Below are positions 32,416 through 42,059 of a stretch of DNA of 64,000 nt, one piece after another. This DNA comes from an uncultured Desulfarculus sp. (GTDB taxonomy: Bacteria > Desulfobacterota > Desulfarculia > Desulfarculales > Desulfarculaceae). The notes beneath the pieces were generated by a model. It was not told the origin of the DNA and made no database searches. It saw nothing but the letters and a program-made list of their open reading frames with translations. Position numbers and translations under genes: made by a program. Each line of letters starts with the position of its first letter. Positions within the stretch are counted from its first letter, which is position 1. The stretch is from contig CAXXUK010000001.1 of the NCBI GenBank assembly GCA_963665125.2, positions 2,176,001 to 2,240,000 of the forward strand, written 5' to 3'.

Positions 32416-34119
32416 CTACGAAGCGTCCCACCCGCCAACGGCCCGCAGATCGTTGACTATATTCTGGGCAAGCTGCTTGAGGTTGAGGTAGTCGGTCTTG
32501 GCCACGCGGTTGAGGGGGATGCCCTCGGGCTCGACGATTTCCACGTGGGAAGGCCGGGAATAGGCCGATATATCATCGCAGGCGGCCATAACCTCTTCCG
32601 GGGTGATCTGAACGTCGGACCGCGATTTTTCCACAAAGACGATAATGCCCTCTGAGAAGACCTCGTGCTCCACGCCCACGGCGGCGACCATGGTCACCAT
32701 ACCCTTGAACTTGCCGGCGATGTGGTTCTCGACGTCTTCGGGGAAGACCTGGTAACCCTTGGGCTTGATCACCATCTTGGAGCGCCCGGCGAAATGCAGG
32801 CCCTTTTCGTCGTAATAGCCCAGGTCGCCGGTGTAGAGCACGCCCTCCTTGCTGATGGTCTTGGCCGTGTTTTCCGGGTCGCCCAGATAGCCCAAAAACA
32901 CCTGGGGGCCGCTAAAGCAAATCTCGCCAACATCACCGGGGGCCTTCAGCGGCCCGGCCGCGCCGTCGGTCTTCATGGGCTCGCGCACGCTGATGGGGCA
33001 CAGGGGCATGTCAAAGCCGATGCCCTGGGCCAACACCTCGGCGGACGCGCCCATTTCGGTGTAGGTGCAGAAACCGGCGGTCTCGGTGAGGCCCAGGCCG
33101 GTGCCGATGGTGGGGGCCATGGCCTGGAGCTTTTCCAGGAACTCCCGGGGCACGCTCTGGCCGCCGTAGATGGCGAAGCGCAGGCTCGAGAGGTCATAGG
33201 CCTGGTAATCGGGCAGACGCCACTCCAGGTTGAACAGGGCCGGGATCTGGCCCAGACAGGTGACTGCGTGGGCCTGGATGGCCTTGAGGCTCTCCACCGG
33301 GTCGAAGATATGCATGATCACGCAGGTGCCGCCGCCGACAATGGTGGTGTCGAGCTGTTCGGTTACGCAGCCCACATGGGACGGCGGCAGGTTGACCAGC
33401 ATGCGGTCCTTGGGAACCATGTCAAAGCCCACCAGCAGGCCGAAGTTCTGGATCAGGATGTTTTCGTGGCACAACAGCCCCGGCTTGGGCGATCCGGTGG
33501 AGCCGGTGGTGAAGATGATCAGACAGGCGTCGCGCTTGCCCACCTTGGCCCTGGCCTTTTTCACCGCGCCGGTCAAGAGGCTCTTTATGAACACCCACTT
33601 GATGTCCTTGACAAACTCGCCGATGCCCATGGCCCCCTTGATCACCAGTTCGGGCTCCTGCTGGAACTGGACCCAGGTTTTTACATACGGCGAATTAGGC
33701 ATGACTTCCTCGATCATGGGCCGGAAGTCGGCGGCCGGGGTCTTGCCCAGGAAGAAATAGGCCTTGGGTTTGATCTTGTCCAGGCAGTACTGGATCTCGC
33801 TGGTTTTCAGGCGCAGGTCCAGCGGCGCGATGATCAGGCCGATGCGGTGGCAGGCATACATCAGGAACACATGTTCCTTGAGTAGCGGCAGCGAGGTTGC
33901 CACCACGTCACCCTTTTGCAGGCCTATGGACAACAGCTTGGCCGAAAAAGCGCTCACGGCCTTGTTGAAGTCCTTCCAGGTTACCTTTGCTCCGGTGTTG
34001 TGCTCGATGATTGCCGTGGCCTCGCCCTTTTCCTTGGCGTATTTATCAACATAATCGGCCAAGTTGGGTAGCATTTCGGCGTATCTGCGCTGTATTTCGG
34101 CATTTTTCTGCTCATTCAT
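32416..34119 (-). CDS. Acyl-CoA synthetase (class I adenylate-forming enzyme)
   Basis: IFTTGSTGSPK, GLGLTE, YTGDLG and GRSK..IK. The GAGG RBS favours ATG 34119 over 34209. Confidence 0.9.
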   Translation of the reverse strand: MNEQKNAEIQRRYAEMLPNLADYVDKYAKEKGEATAIIEHNTGAKVTWKDFNKAVSAFSAKLLSIGLQKGDVVATSLPLLKEHVFLMYACHRIGLIIAPLDLRLKTSEIQYCLDKIKPKAYFFLGKTPAADFRPMIEEVMPNSPYVKTWVQFQQEPELVIKGAMGIGEFVKDIKWVFIKSLLTGAVKKARAKVGKRDACLIIFTTGSTGSPKPGLLCHENILIQNFGLLVGFDMVPKDRMLVNLPPSHVGCVTEQLDTTIVGGGTCVIMHIFDPVESLKAIQAHAVTCLGQIPALFNLEWRLPDYQAYDLSSLRFAIYGGQSVPREFLEKLQAMAPTIGTGLGLTETAGFCTYTEMGASAEVLAQGIGFDMPLCPISVREPMKTDGAAGPLKAPGDVGEICFSGPQVFLGYLGDPENTAKTISKEGVLYTGDLGYYDEKGLHFAGRSKMVIKPKGYQVFPEDVENHIAGKFKGMVTMVAAVGVEHEVFSEGIIVFVEKSRSDVQITPEEVMAACDDISAYSRPSHVEIVEPEGIPLNRVAKTDYLNLKQLAQNIVNDLRAVGGWDAS

Positions 34120-34353
34120 TGGCACCCTCACCCATTGGAAACAATAATGCGCCGAAGGCCGTATCCGCCCTCGACAATGCCGGGCCCGGTAATGGGTCCG
34201 TTTTATCAATTGCTGTGCTTAAGTGAACGCCAGAAGTATAGAAAGCGTCAAACCCCGTGTCAAGAAAGGTTGTTTTGACTGCAATCAACCCACAATGATA
34301 TGCTTCTGGCCCAGTGAACAATGTCCCGGCGCGGCCGGACAAAGGAGAGGGGC

Positions 34354-35217
34354 ATGAAAATAGATTCCAGCATGGTCGGCGCGAACATTCGCGGCAGGCA
34401 ACACACCGTGGACTGGCGCCAGACCACCAACTACGCCGCGGCGGTGGGCGACGTCAACCCGCTGTATCTGGACGACACCAGGGATTCAAGCCTCATCGCC
34501 CCGCCCTGTTATGTCACGGCCCTGACCTGGCCCATTTCCGAGACCATGCCCCAGCGCCTGGAAGCCGACATCCGGCCGGAACTGTTCCTGACCCAGGTGC
34601 ATTATTCCGAGACCATCGTGTTCCACAAGCCCATCAAACCGGGCGACGATCTGACCATCAGCGGCAGGGCCCTGGCCGTGTTGCCCCACCGGGCGGGCAC
34701 CCATGTGGTGGCCCGCTACGACGGCGCCGATGGCGCGGGCGAACCGGTTTTCACGGAATACTCCGGCGTGATGCTGCGGGGGGTGAGTTGCACCGACAGC
34801 GGAGCAGGAGCCGCGGAAATGCCCCGGATACCAGCCACGCCGCAACAAACCGGCGACCCGGTTTGGAACAGCAAGCTGCATATCGACCCGCTCATGCCCT
34901 ATGTGTATGACGGCTGCACGGACATAGTCTTCGCCATCCACACCTCGCCCAGGTTTGCCCGGGACGTGGGTCTGCCGGGGATCATCCTGCAAGGCACGGC
35001 AACCCTGGCCCTGGCCGCCCGTGAGATGGTCAACAGGGTGGCCGGGGGCGACGCCGGGCGTCTGAAGCAACTGAGCTGCCGCTTCACGGGCATGGTGCTG
35101 CCGGGCAGCGACATCGAAATCCGCCTGAACGCCCAAAGCGGCGCCGACAACTTTTTCGAGGTGATCAATGATCAGGGCAAGGCCGCGATAAGCCGCGGCC
35201 ACGCCCTTATTGTTTGA
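34354..35217 (+). CDS. MaoC-family double hot-dog dehydratase
   Basis: YAAAVGD.NPLY, D....IH....A...GLPGIILQG and RFTGMVLPG; AGGAGAGG RBS. Confidence 0.85.
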   Translation: MKIDSSMVGANIRGRQHTVDWRQTTNYAAAVGDVNPLYLDDTRDSSLIAPPCYVTALTWPISETMPQRLEADIRPELFLTQVHYSETIVFHKPIKPGDDLTISGRALAVLPHRAGTHVVARYDGADGAGEPVFTEYSGVMLRGVSCTDSGAGAAEMPRIPATPQQTGDPVWNSKLHIDPLMPYVYDGCTDIVFAIHTSPRFARDVGLPGIILQGTATLALAAREMVNRVAGGDAGRLKQLSCRFTGMVLPGSDIEIRLNAQSGADNFFEVINDQGKAAISRGHALIV

Positions 35218-37636
35218 CGTATCCGCAGTCCTTTTGCGGGCAGCGGATGGTGGTGCCCTTTTTAGTGGTTTTTTCCACCAGGAAGGGATGGCCGCATTCG
35301 GGGCATTCCTCGTCCAGGGGCTTGTCCCACGAGGCGTATTCGCACTTGGGGAAATTGTCGCACCCGTAGAACGGCTTGCCCCGGCGGGAGCGTTTTTCCA
35401 CCAGATCGCCGCCGCAATCGGGGCATTTGACTCCGGTGGGCAATCCCCTGGAATAGTTGCACTTGGGGTAGTTGGAGCAGGAGATGAACCTGCCGCCGGC
35501 CCTGGTGGGTTTGATCACCAGTTCAGCGCCGCATTTGGGGCACTTTTCGCCCAAGGACTCGGGCTCGGCCTTTTTAACCGGGTTGCCCTCTTCATCCAGG
35601 GCCATGATGTTTTTGCATTTGGGATAGGCGCTGCAGGCCAGGAACGGGCCATAGCGGCCGTTTTTCACCGTCATGGGCGAGCCGCACTTGTCGCAGTCGA
35701 CTCCGGGGTCCGGCGCGGCCTCCACGGGCACGATGTTGCCTTTTTCATCCCTGGTGAAATCACTGGTGGTCTTGCACTCGGGGTAGGATCCACAAGCCAG
35801 AAACTCGCCGTTGCGGCCCAGGCGGATGTTCATGTTGTTGCCGCAATTGGGGCACTTGACATCCGTCTCCACGCCCTTGCCCTTGATCTGGCGCATCTGG
35901 GTGCGGGCCTTTTCCAGTGTCTCGGTGAACGGGCCGTAGAAATCCTTGAGCAGCAAACGCCAATCCTGGCTGCCCTCTTCGACCTTGTCCAGGCTCTGTT
36001 CCAGACCGGCGGTGAACCCCACCTCCATGATCTGGGGGAAGCTCTCCACCAGCAGGTCGCTGACCAGATACCCCAGCTCCGTGGGGTTTAGCCGCTTTTT
36101 CTTGTCCTTGTCCACGTATTTCTTATCTTGCAGGGTGGACAGGATCGAAGCGTAGGTGGACGGGCGTCCGATGCCCTTTTCCTCCAGTTCGCGCACCAGG
36201 CTGGCCTCTGTGAACCGGGGCGGCGGCTGGGTGAAATGCTGCTTGGGCAGAATTTCCTTGAGAGCTACCCGCTGGCCTTCCTCAAGGGGAGGCAGGGCCC
36301 GCTGCTCGCTCTTGCCGTTGGACGCGGTCTCAAAGCCTTCGTCGTTCTTGTCGCCGTTCTGGCCCTCGTCCTTGCCCTCGACGTACACGGCCGTGAAGCC
36401 GGCGAAGCGCATGACCTGGCCGCTGGCCCTGAGAATGGCCTGGCCGGCGGTGATCTCGGCCTGGGTCTGGTCGTAGACGGCAGGGGCCATCTGGCAGGCC
36501 ACGAAGCGGTTCCAGATGAGTTGATACAGCTTGAGTTCGTCGCGCTTTAAAAACGGTTTGAGCCGCTCGGGCGTCAGGGTCACGTTGGTGGGCCGGATGG
36601 CCTCGTGAGCCTCCTGGGCCGTGGCCTTGGACTTGTAGAAAATTGGTTTATCCGGCACATATTCAGGGCCATAGCGTTCGGCGATCAGCATCCGCACGGT
36701 GCCCACGGCCTCGGCGGCCAGGCGGGTGGAGTCGGTTCGCATGTAGGTAATCAGGCCCATCTGGCCTTCGCCGGTCTCCTTACCTTCGTACAGCGCCTGG
36801 GCCAGGCCCATGGTGTATTTGGGCGCGAAACCGCACTTGCGGTAGGCCTCCTGTTGCAGGGTGCTGGTGATGAACGGCGGTGCGGCCGACTGTTTGCGCT
36901 GGCGTTTGACCACACTGGTTACGATGAGGTCCTGGCCTTTGATGGCCGCCACGCCCGCCTCGGCCTGGTCTTGGTTCTTGGGGTCGAACTTCTTGCCGCC
37001 AACCCGGACCAGGCGGCCCTCGAACACCGGCGGCTCGTCGGCCTCCAGCATGGCCGTCACGGTCCAATATTCCTGGGGTTCAAAGGCCTGGATTTCCCTG
37101 GCCCGCTCCACCACCAGGCGCAGAGCAACCGACTGGACCCTGCCCGCGCTGAGGCCGCGCTTGACCTTTTCCCACAACAACGGCGAAATCTGATAGCCCA
37201 CCAGCCGGTCCAGGACCCGGCGGGCCTGTTGGCTGTTGTAGCGGTCAAAATTTATCTTCTCGGGATTGGCCACGGCCTTGGCGATGGCGCCCTTGGTCAG
37301 TTCGTGGAACAACACCCGGTGATAGGCCTCAAGGGGGCGGCCCAGTTGCTGTGCGATGTGCATGGCGATTGCCTCGCCCTCGCGGTCGGGGTCGGGGGCC
37401 AGGTAGATGTCGGCGGCCTTGGCCGCGGCGCTCTTGAGGTCCTTGATTACCTTTTCCTTGCCCTTGATTATGCGATAGTGGGGCCGGAAGTCGTTTTCCA
37501 CGTCCACGCCCAATTCGCTGGGCGGCAGATCCACCACATGGCCCACCGAAGCCTTTACCACAAAATCGGGTCCCAGGTATTTGCCAATGGTCCTTGCCTT
37601 GGCCGGCGATTCAACTATCAGTAGATTCTTGGCCAT
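35207..37636 (-). CDS. topA: DNA topoisomerase I
   Basis: IVESPAKA, DPDREGE, SAGRVQS, ITYMRTDS and five C-terminal zinc ribbons. Confidence 0.98.
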   Translation of the reverse strand: MAKNLLIVESPAKARTIGKYLGPDFVVKASVGHVVDLPPSELGVDVENDFRPHYRIIKGKEKVIKDLKSAAAKAADIYLAPDPDREGEAIAMHIAQQLGRPLEAYHRVLFHELTKGAIAKAVANPEKINFDRYNSQQARRVLDRLVGYQISPLLWEKVKRGLSAGRVQSVALRLVVERAREIQAFEPQEYWTVTAMLEADEPPVFEGRLVRVGGKKFDPKNQDQAEAGVAAIKGQDLIVTSVVKRQRKQSAAPPFITSTLQQEAYRKCGFAPKYTMGLAQALYEGKETGEGQMGLITYMRTDSTRLAAEAVGTVRMLIAERYGPEYVPDKPIFYKSKATAQEAHEAIRPTNVTLTPERLKPFLKRDELKLYQLIWNRFVACQMAPAVYDQTQAEITAGQAILRASGQVMRFAGFTAVYVEGKDEGQNGDKNDEGFETASNGKSEQRALPPLEEGQRVALKEILPKQHFTQPPPRFTEASLVRELEEKGIGRPSTYASILSTLQDKKYVDKDKKKRLNPTELGYLVSDLLVESFPQIMEVGFTAGLEQSLDKVEEGSQDWRLLLKDFYGPFTETLEKARTQMRQIKGKGVETDVKCPNCGNNMNIRLGRNGEFLACGSYPECKTTSDFTRDEKGNIVPVEAAPDPGVDCDKCGSPMTVKNGRYGPFLACSAYPKCKNIMALDEEGNPVKKAEPESLGEKCPKCGAELVIKPTRAGGRFISCSNYPKCNYSRGLPTGVKCPDCGGDLVEKRSRRGKPFYGCDNFPKCEYASWDKPLDEECPECGHPFLVEKTTKKGTTIRCPQKDCGYVKQ

Positions 37637-38742
37637 TATTGAACTAACTCATATCTCTTGCCGGGCAACTCGCGTACCCGTTCATGCAATTCCAAATTCA
37701 TCAAAAAGTGGGCGGTCTCCTGGGGGTTCAGGTTACAGGCCCTTATAATTTCATCTATATGCACCGGTTCCGGCCCGAGCAAGCTTAAAATTTCGCGCTC
37801 CTGGGGCGGCAGGTCCTCAACCGACGCCTCAATTGCGGCCGGACGCATGGGTTTGGGGCTGGACCGCACAGCGCCAGGGGCCAACACATCGACAGCAGAT
37901 TCAACCAGTTGCGCCACATTTCGCCTAATCAGGTCGTTACACCCCGCGCTGCTGGCCGATCCGGCCAGGCCGGGCACCGCGAAAACATCGCGATTTTCGT
38001 CTTGGGCATAGCGGGCCGTTATCAAAGCGCCGCTGCGCATCACGGCCTCAACGACGATAACCGCCTTGCAGAGCCCGGCGATAACCCGATTGCGCACCGG
38101 GAAGTTGGTGGGCACCGGTGACATCCCCAGGGGGAATTCGCTGATCACCGCGCCACGGTCGGCCATCTCGGCGATGAGGCCCCTGTGGCTGAACGGATAA
38201 GCGATGTCCAGGCCGCAGCCCAGCACGCCAACCGTATGCCCGCCTGCCCTAAGGGCGGCCCTGTGAGCCGCTCCGTCGATGCCCATGGCCAGGCCGGAGA
38301 TGACGCTCACCCCGGCACCGGCCAGATCGGCGGCCAGTTCATCGGCCTTGCGCAGGCCGTAGTTGCTGGCCTTGCGCGAGCCCACTATGGCCACGCCGCC
38401 GTTGTGGCAGCCGGACAGGTCGCCGCGCACGTACAACAGCGGCGGCGGGGCAAAGGCATTGGCCAACAGCGGCGGATACTCCGCGTCGCCCATGGCCACG
38501 ATGCGGCCGCCCAGACGCTCCAGGCGCTCCAACTGGCGCTCGGGGTGGTCGAACCAGTCCCGGCGGCTGACGGCCTCGGCCACCTCCCGCTGCATGCGGG
38601 GCAGTTCCATGATCTGCTCAACCGGCGCGCCCAGGGCCGCGCCCGGCGAACCAAAACGCCTGACAAGCTTGGCAAAGGTCACGCTGCCCACGCCTTTTAC
38701 GAGCCGCAAACCCAGCCAATCGAGCAATTCGTTATGATTCAT
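37636..38742 (-). CDS. dprA: DNA-processing protein DprA
   Basis: AIVGSR, SGLAMGID..AH, FPVRNRVIAG, GALITA and VFAVPG; upstream of topA. Confidence 0.96.
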   Translation of the reverse strand: MNHNELLDWLGLRLVKGVGSVTFAKLVRRFGSPGAALGAPVEQIMELPRMQREVAEAVSRRDWFDHPERQLERLERLGGRIVAMGDAEYPPLLANAFAPPPLLYVRGDLSGCHNGGVAIVGSRKASNYGLRKADELAADLAGAGVSVISGLAMGIDGAAHRAALRAGGHTVGVLGCGLDIAYPFSHRGLIAEMADRGAVISEFPLGMSPVPTNFPVRNRVIAGLCKAVIVVEAVMRSGALITARYAQDENRDVFAVPGLAGSASSAGCNDLIRRNVAQLVESAVDVLAPGAVRSSPKPMRPAAIEASVEDLPPQEREILSLLGPEPVHIDEIIRACNLNPQETAHFLMNLELHERVRELPGKRYELVQ

Positions 38743-38890
38743 GCCTAAACCGCCCCTCCCATGGGGATAGGAAGCTAACCACGCAACCCCGCCCCGTCAA
38801 GGAGTTTTTTTGAAACGTTATTTTGACGGCCGTGTCATCCATGGTCTATCTTTATGTAGATAAACACCTTTTTGGTCGAAAGGCTTTTCC

Positions 38891-40375
38891 ATGGTCCGGG
38901 CCGCTAAACTGGCTGCAATCCTGATCTGCATGGCGCTCGTCTGCCCGGCGGCGATGGCCCGGAGCGCGCCCCAGGCACGAATCGCCTTTGTCATCGACGC
39001 ATCCCATGCCATGGGCGAGTCCTGGCTGGGCACCACCCGTCTGGCCGCCTGCCTGGAGGCCGTCACCACGGAACTGAAGTCCCTGCCCCTGCGGGCCAAG
39101 GCCGCCATTTGGCTGGCCACGGCCGACGGACCGGAGCTGTTGGCGGCCCCCGCCGAGGCTGACAAGCTCAACACCGTCCGTATGCACGCCACGGCCAGGG
39201 GTGAACGCCCGCCAATTGCGCCCAACCTTGCCCCGGCCCTGCGCTGGGCCGCGGATGGCCAACCCGGCGCGGTGATCGTGGTCGGCCTGCCCCTGGGCGG
39301 CGATGTGATGCAAGCGCCAGGCGGCGGGCCCTTTGTCCACGGCCTGATCGCCGGGCCCATCACCAACGACCGTGGCATGCAGGCCCCGCTGACCTTGCAG
39401 TCCGGGGGGCGAATGCTCAGCGAAACAGACCCCGCGCGCCTCCAGGCCGCCCTGCACTCCCTGGTCCGCCTGGGACTCAGCCGGGCGTCGCTGTATGCCG
39501 ATGTCCGCGGCGCGGACAACAAACCTTTGAGCGTAGAGCTGTCCATAGCCTCTTCCAACGGCAAGGGCAACGCCCGGCCGGTGATGAGCAACACCACGGC
39601 CCAGGTCCTGCCGAACACATATACTGTCACCTGGCCCACTGACACCGAAATCGGCCCCGGTACGCCGCCGGGCCTGGTGCGGGTGGGCGATGCGGGCCAA
39701 ACCATTTTGCGGGCGGGCGGCCAGGGCAAACTCTTTGTGGAGGCCATAGACGCCACGGGCAAGGCCCTGGCCTGGAAAATAACAATCAGCACCGTGCCCG
39801 CCGGGAAGGTGCTGGCCAATAAAACCGTCCTGCCGTTCGAGGCGGACCTGCCTGCCGGCAGCCTGCTGGTTTCGGTGGCCAAGCCGCCCGTGAGCTGGAG
39901 CGTGGATCTGGCGGCCGGTCAAACCCAACACCTTGTCCTGGGACCCCGGGGCAGTCTGACAGCCAACCTGGCAGGTCCGGGCGGGCCGGTGCGGCTGCCG
40001 GTCACTGCCATTGGCCCCGACGCCTCCACCCGGCAATGGAGGGGGCACACGGGAAGCCCTCTGCCCCTGCCGCCAGGAAGCTACCGGCTGACCATCCAGA
40101 CCATGCCGCCGGTTGAACGCCCCTGCCAGATAGCCCCCGGCGTAGAACAACCCATTGATTTACCAGCGGTTGGCGGCTTGCTCATCGAAACCGTCGGCAC
40201 CGCGACGCCACAACGTTACGACGTCATAGACGACAAGGATCAAAATCTTGGTTACGGCCATACCGGACGCACGCTGTGGCTGCTGCCCGGCCGTTATGTG
40301 GCCGTGCTGCCCGGCGGCAAATCCCTGGCTGCCGAGATCAGCCCCCAACGGTTGACCACCCTGGAAGCCAAGTGA
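38891..40375 (+). CDS. Exported hypothetical protein with a degenerate vWA-like N-terminus and beta-rich L.PG.Y repeats
   Basis: Signal peptide, FVIDASHAM (degenerate DxSxS) and repeats LPNTY/LPAGS/LPPGSY/LLPGRY; GTGA overlap with hemW. Confidence 0.6.
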   Translation: MVRAAKLAAILICMALVCPAAMARSAPQARIAFVIDASHAMGESWLGTTRLAACLEAVTTELKSLPLRAKAAIWLATADGPELLAAPAEADKLNTVRMHATARGERPPIAPNLAPALRWAADGQPGAVIVVGLPLGGDVMQAPGGGPFVHGLIAGPITNDRGMQAPLTLQSGGRMLSETDPARLQAALHSLVRLGLSRASLYADVRGADNKPLSVELSIASSNGKGNARPVMSNTTAQVLPNTYTVTWPTDTEIGPGTPPGLVRVGDAGQTILRAGGQGKLFVEAIDATGKALAWKITISTVPAGKVLANKTVLPFEADLPAGSLLVSVAKPPVSWSVDLAAGQTQHLVLGPRGSLTANLAGPGGPVRLPVTAIGPDASTRQWRGHTGSPLPLPPGSYRLTIQTMPPVERPCQIAPGVEQPIDLPAVGGLLIETVGTATPQRYDVIDDKDQNLGYGHTGRTLWLLPGRYVAVLPGGKSLAAEISPQRLTTLEAK

Positions 40376-41526
40376 GCAAAGCCTTGGTCAAACAAAACGA
40401 ACTTGGTCTGTATGTGCACCTGCCCTATTGCCCGGCCCGCTGCCCGTATTGCGATTTTTACGCCGAACGATACCGCCCGGCCCCGGCCCGCAAAGTGATC
40501 CAGGCCATTGGCCAGCACATCACGCTACTGGCGGAGCACGCCCCCGGCAGACGCTTGTCCACCCTGTTCATCGGCGGGGGCACGCCAAGCATGCTGCCCA
40601 TAGCCCTGCTGGCCGATCTCCTGGAAAAAATCGATGCCGTCCTGGGCCTGGAGACAGCCGCCGAGATAACCATGGAGGCCAACCCCGGCACCCTGTCGCT
40701 GGCCAAGCTCCGCCTGATGCGCCGGGCCGGAATCAACCGCCTGAGCATCGGGGCCCAGTCTTTCGACGCGGCCATGCTGAAAAAACTGGGGCGGCTGCAT
40801 TCCCCGGCCGACGTTATCCGTAGCGCGGACCAGGCCCGCCAAGCCGGTTTCGACAACATCAACCTGGACCTGATCTACGGTCTGCCCGGCCAAAGCCTGG
40901 CCATGGCCCTGGACGACCTTGAACAGGCCCTGGATTTGGAGCCGGATCACCTGTCGCTGTACGAGCTGACCCTGGGGTCCCATACTCCCTTTGGGCGCAA
41001 GTACCAACCGGGCCAAGCCCCCCTGCCCTCGGGCGACGCCTTGCTGGCAATGGAAGACGCCCTGCTGGACCGTCTGGAGGCGTCGGACTTGAAGCGCTAC
41101 GAGGTGAGCAACTTCGCCCGGCCCGGACGGCGCTGCCGCCACAACCAGAGCACCTGGCGCGGCGGAGATTATATGGCCCTGGGCCCCGGCGCCCACGGAC
41201 ACCTGGCCGGGACCCGCTGGGCCTTTGTCCCCGATGCCCTGGAATACGCCGATTCCATTTCCCTGAGTCACGAACCCCTGGAGTTCAGGGAAACACTCAC
41301 GCCCGGCCAGCGGGCCCTGGAAATGATCATGCTGGGCCTGCGCACCACCGACGGCGTGGATATGGCCGAGGTTGGCTTTATCCTGGGCCGTGACCCCATG
41401 GCCCATTACGACCGGGCCATAAGGGAGACCCAGCGGCAAGGCTGGGCCTCCATGGGTAATGGACGTCTCGTCCCGACCAGGCGGGGCCTGCGCATGGCCG
41501 ACGCCGCGGCGGCGCTTTTCGCCTGA
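40372..41526 (+). CDS. hemW: Radical SAM heme chaperone HemW (HemN-like)
   Basis: LYVHLPYCPARCPYCDF, GGGTPS, EANP, NLDLIYGLPGQ and YEVSNFA. Confidence 0.9.
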   Translation: MSKALVKQNELGLYVHLPYCPARCPYCDFYAERYRPAPARKVIQAIGQHITLLAEHAPGRRLSTLFIGGGTPSMLPIALLADLLEKIDAVLGLETAAEITMEANPGTLSLAKLRLMRRAGINRLSIGAQSFDAAMLKKLGRLHSPADVIRSADQARQAGFDNINLDLIYGLPGQSLAMALDDLEQALDLEPDHLSLYELTLGSHTPFGRKYQPGQAPLPSGDALLAMEDALLDRLEASDLKRYEVSNFARPGRRCRHNQSTWRGGDYMALGPGAHGHLAGTRWAFVPDALEYADSISLSHEPLEFRETLTPGQRALEMIMLGLRTTDGVDMAEVGFILGRDPMAHYDRAIRETQRQGWASMGNGRLVPTRRGLRMADAAAALFA

Positions 41527-41542
41527 TACCGGCTTTGCGATC

Positions 41543-41896
41543 CTAGCCCCCCTTGTTTCGCGGGCCCTCGTCATCCGGGCCCCGCATGGCCGCCATTACG
41601 TCTTCAATGTTGTCCAGGGCGCATTGCAGCTTTTCCAACTCGCCTGGTGCGGCCCTTGCGGAACGCAGCCTCTGCGCCCTGGTCAAACAACGGCGACGCA
41701 CCAACAATGCAACGCCCATCCCCCCAACGAACGCGGCCATCATTAACAGGATCACAACCGCCAACCAGGGCCAGACATCGTATGAAGACGCCGGGCCAGG
41801 CAGAGGGCCGTCGGGCTTGGAAAGCGATTGCATCAGCGGCGCGCATCCTTGCAACGGCGGCAAGGCAATCGATATCGCGGCAACCCAACAACGCAC
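41543..41896 (-). CDS. Small hypothetical membrane protein/possible lipoprotein
   Basis: AGGAGG RBS before GTG, lipobox-like LQGC, one TM helix followed by RRR, and its own sigma54-type promoter. Confidence 0.6.
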   Translation of the reverse strand: MRCWVAAISIALPPLQGCAPLMQSLSKPDGPLPGPASSYDVWPWLAVVILLMMAAFVGGMGVALLVRRRCLTRAQRLRSARAAPGELEKLQCALDNIEDVMAAMRGPDDEGPRNKGG

Positions 41897-41934
41897 GGCC
41901 CCTCCTGGTCGTTCAATGAGACGACCCTGGATAG

Positions 41935-41991
41935 AGCAACATGTGTGCCGTATTTTGTGTTTTTTAGTTTTGCTTAGATATCAGGTAGTTG
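41935..41991 (-). promoter_or_regulatory. Sigma54 promoter (41950-41935) with an IHF-consensus site (41979-41991)
   Basis: Minus strand reads CGGCAC-ACATG-TTGCT. TATCAGGTAGTTG fits WATCARNNNNTTR and lies next to a T-rich tract. Confidence 0.7.
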
Positions 41992-42059
41992 CAGACATTA
42001 TAAGTCTACACGCATTGAGTGTTTACCGTAATTATCAAAGCAGATTACCGAAATATGCC

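Noticed and set aside
22034..38742. cinA-recA, radA and dprA-topA as a special competence island
   Set aside because: These are common conserved housekeeping neighbourhoods.
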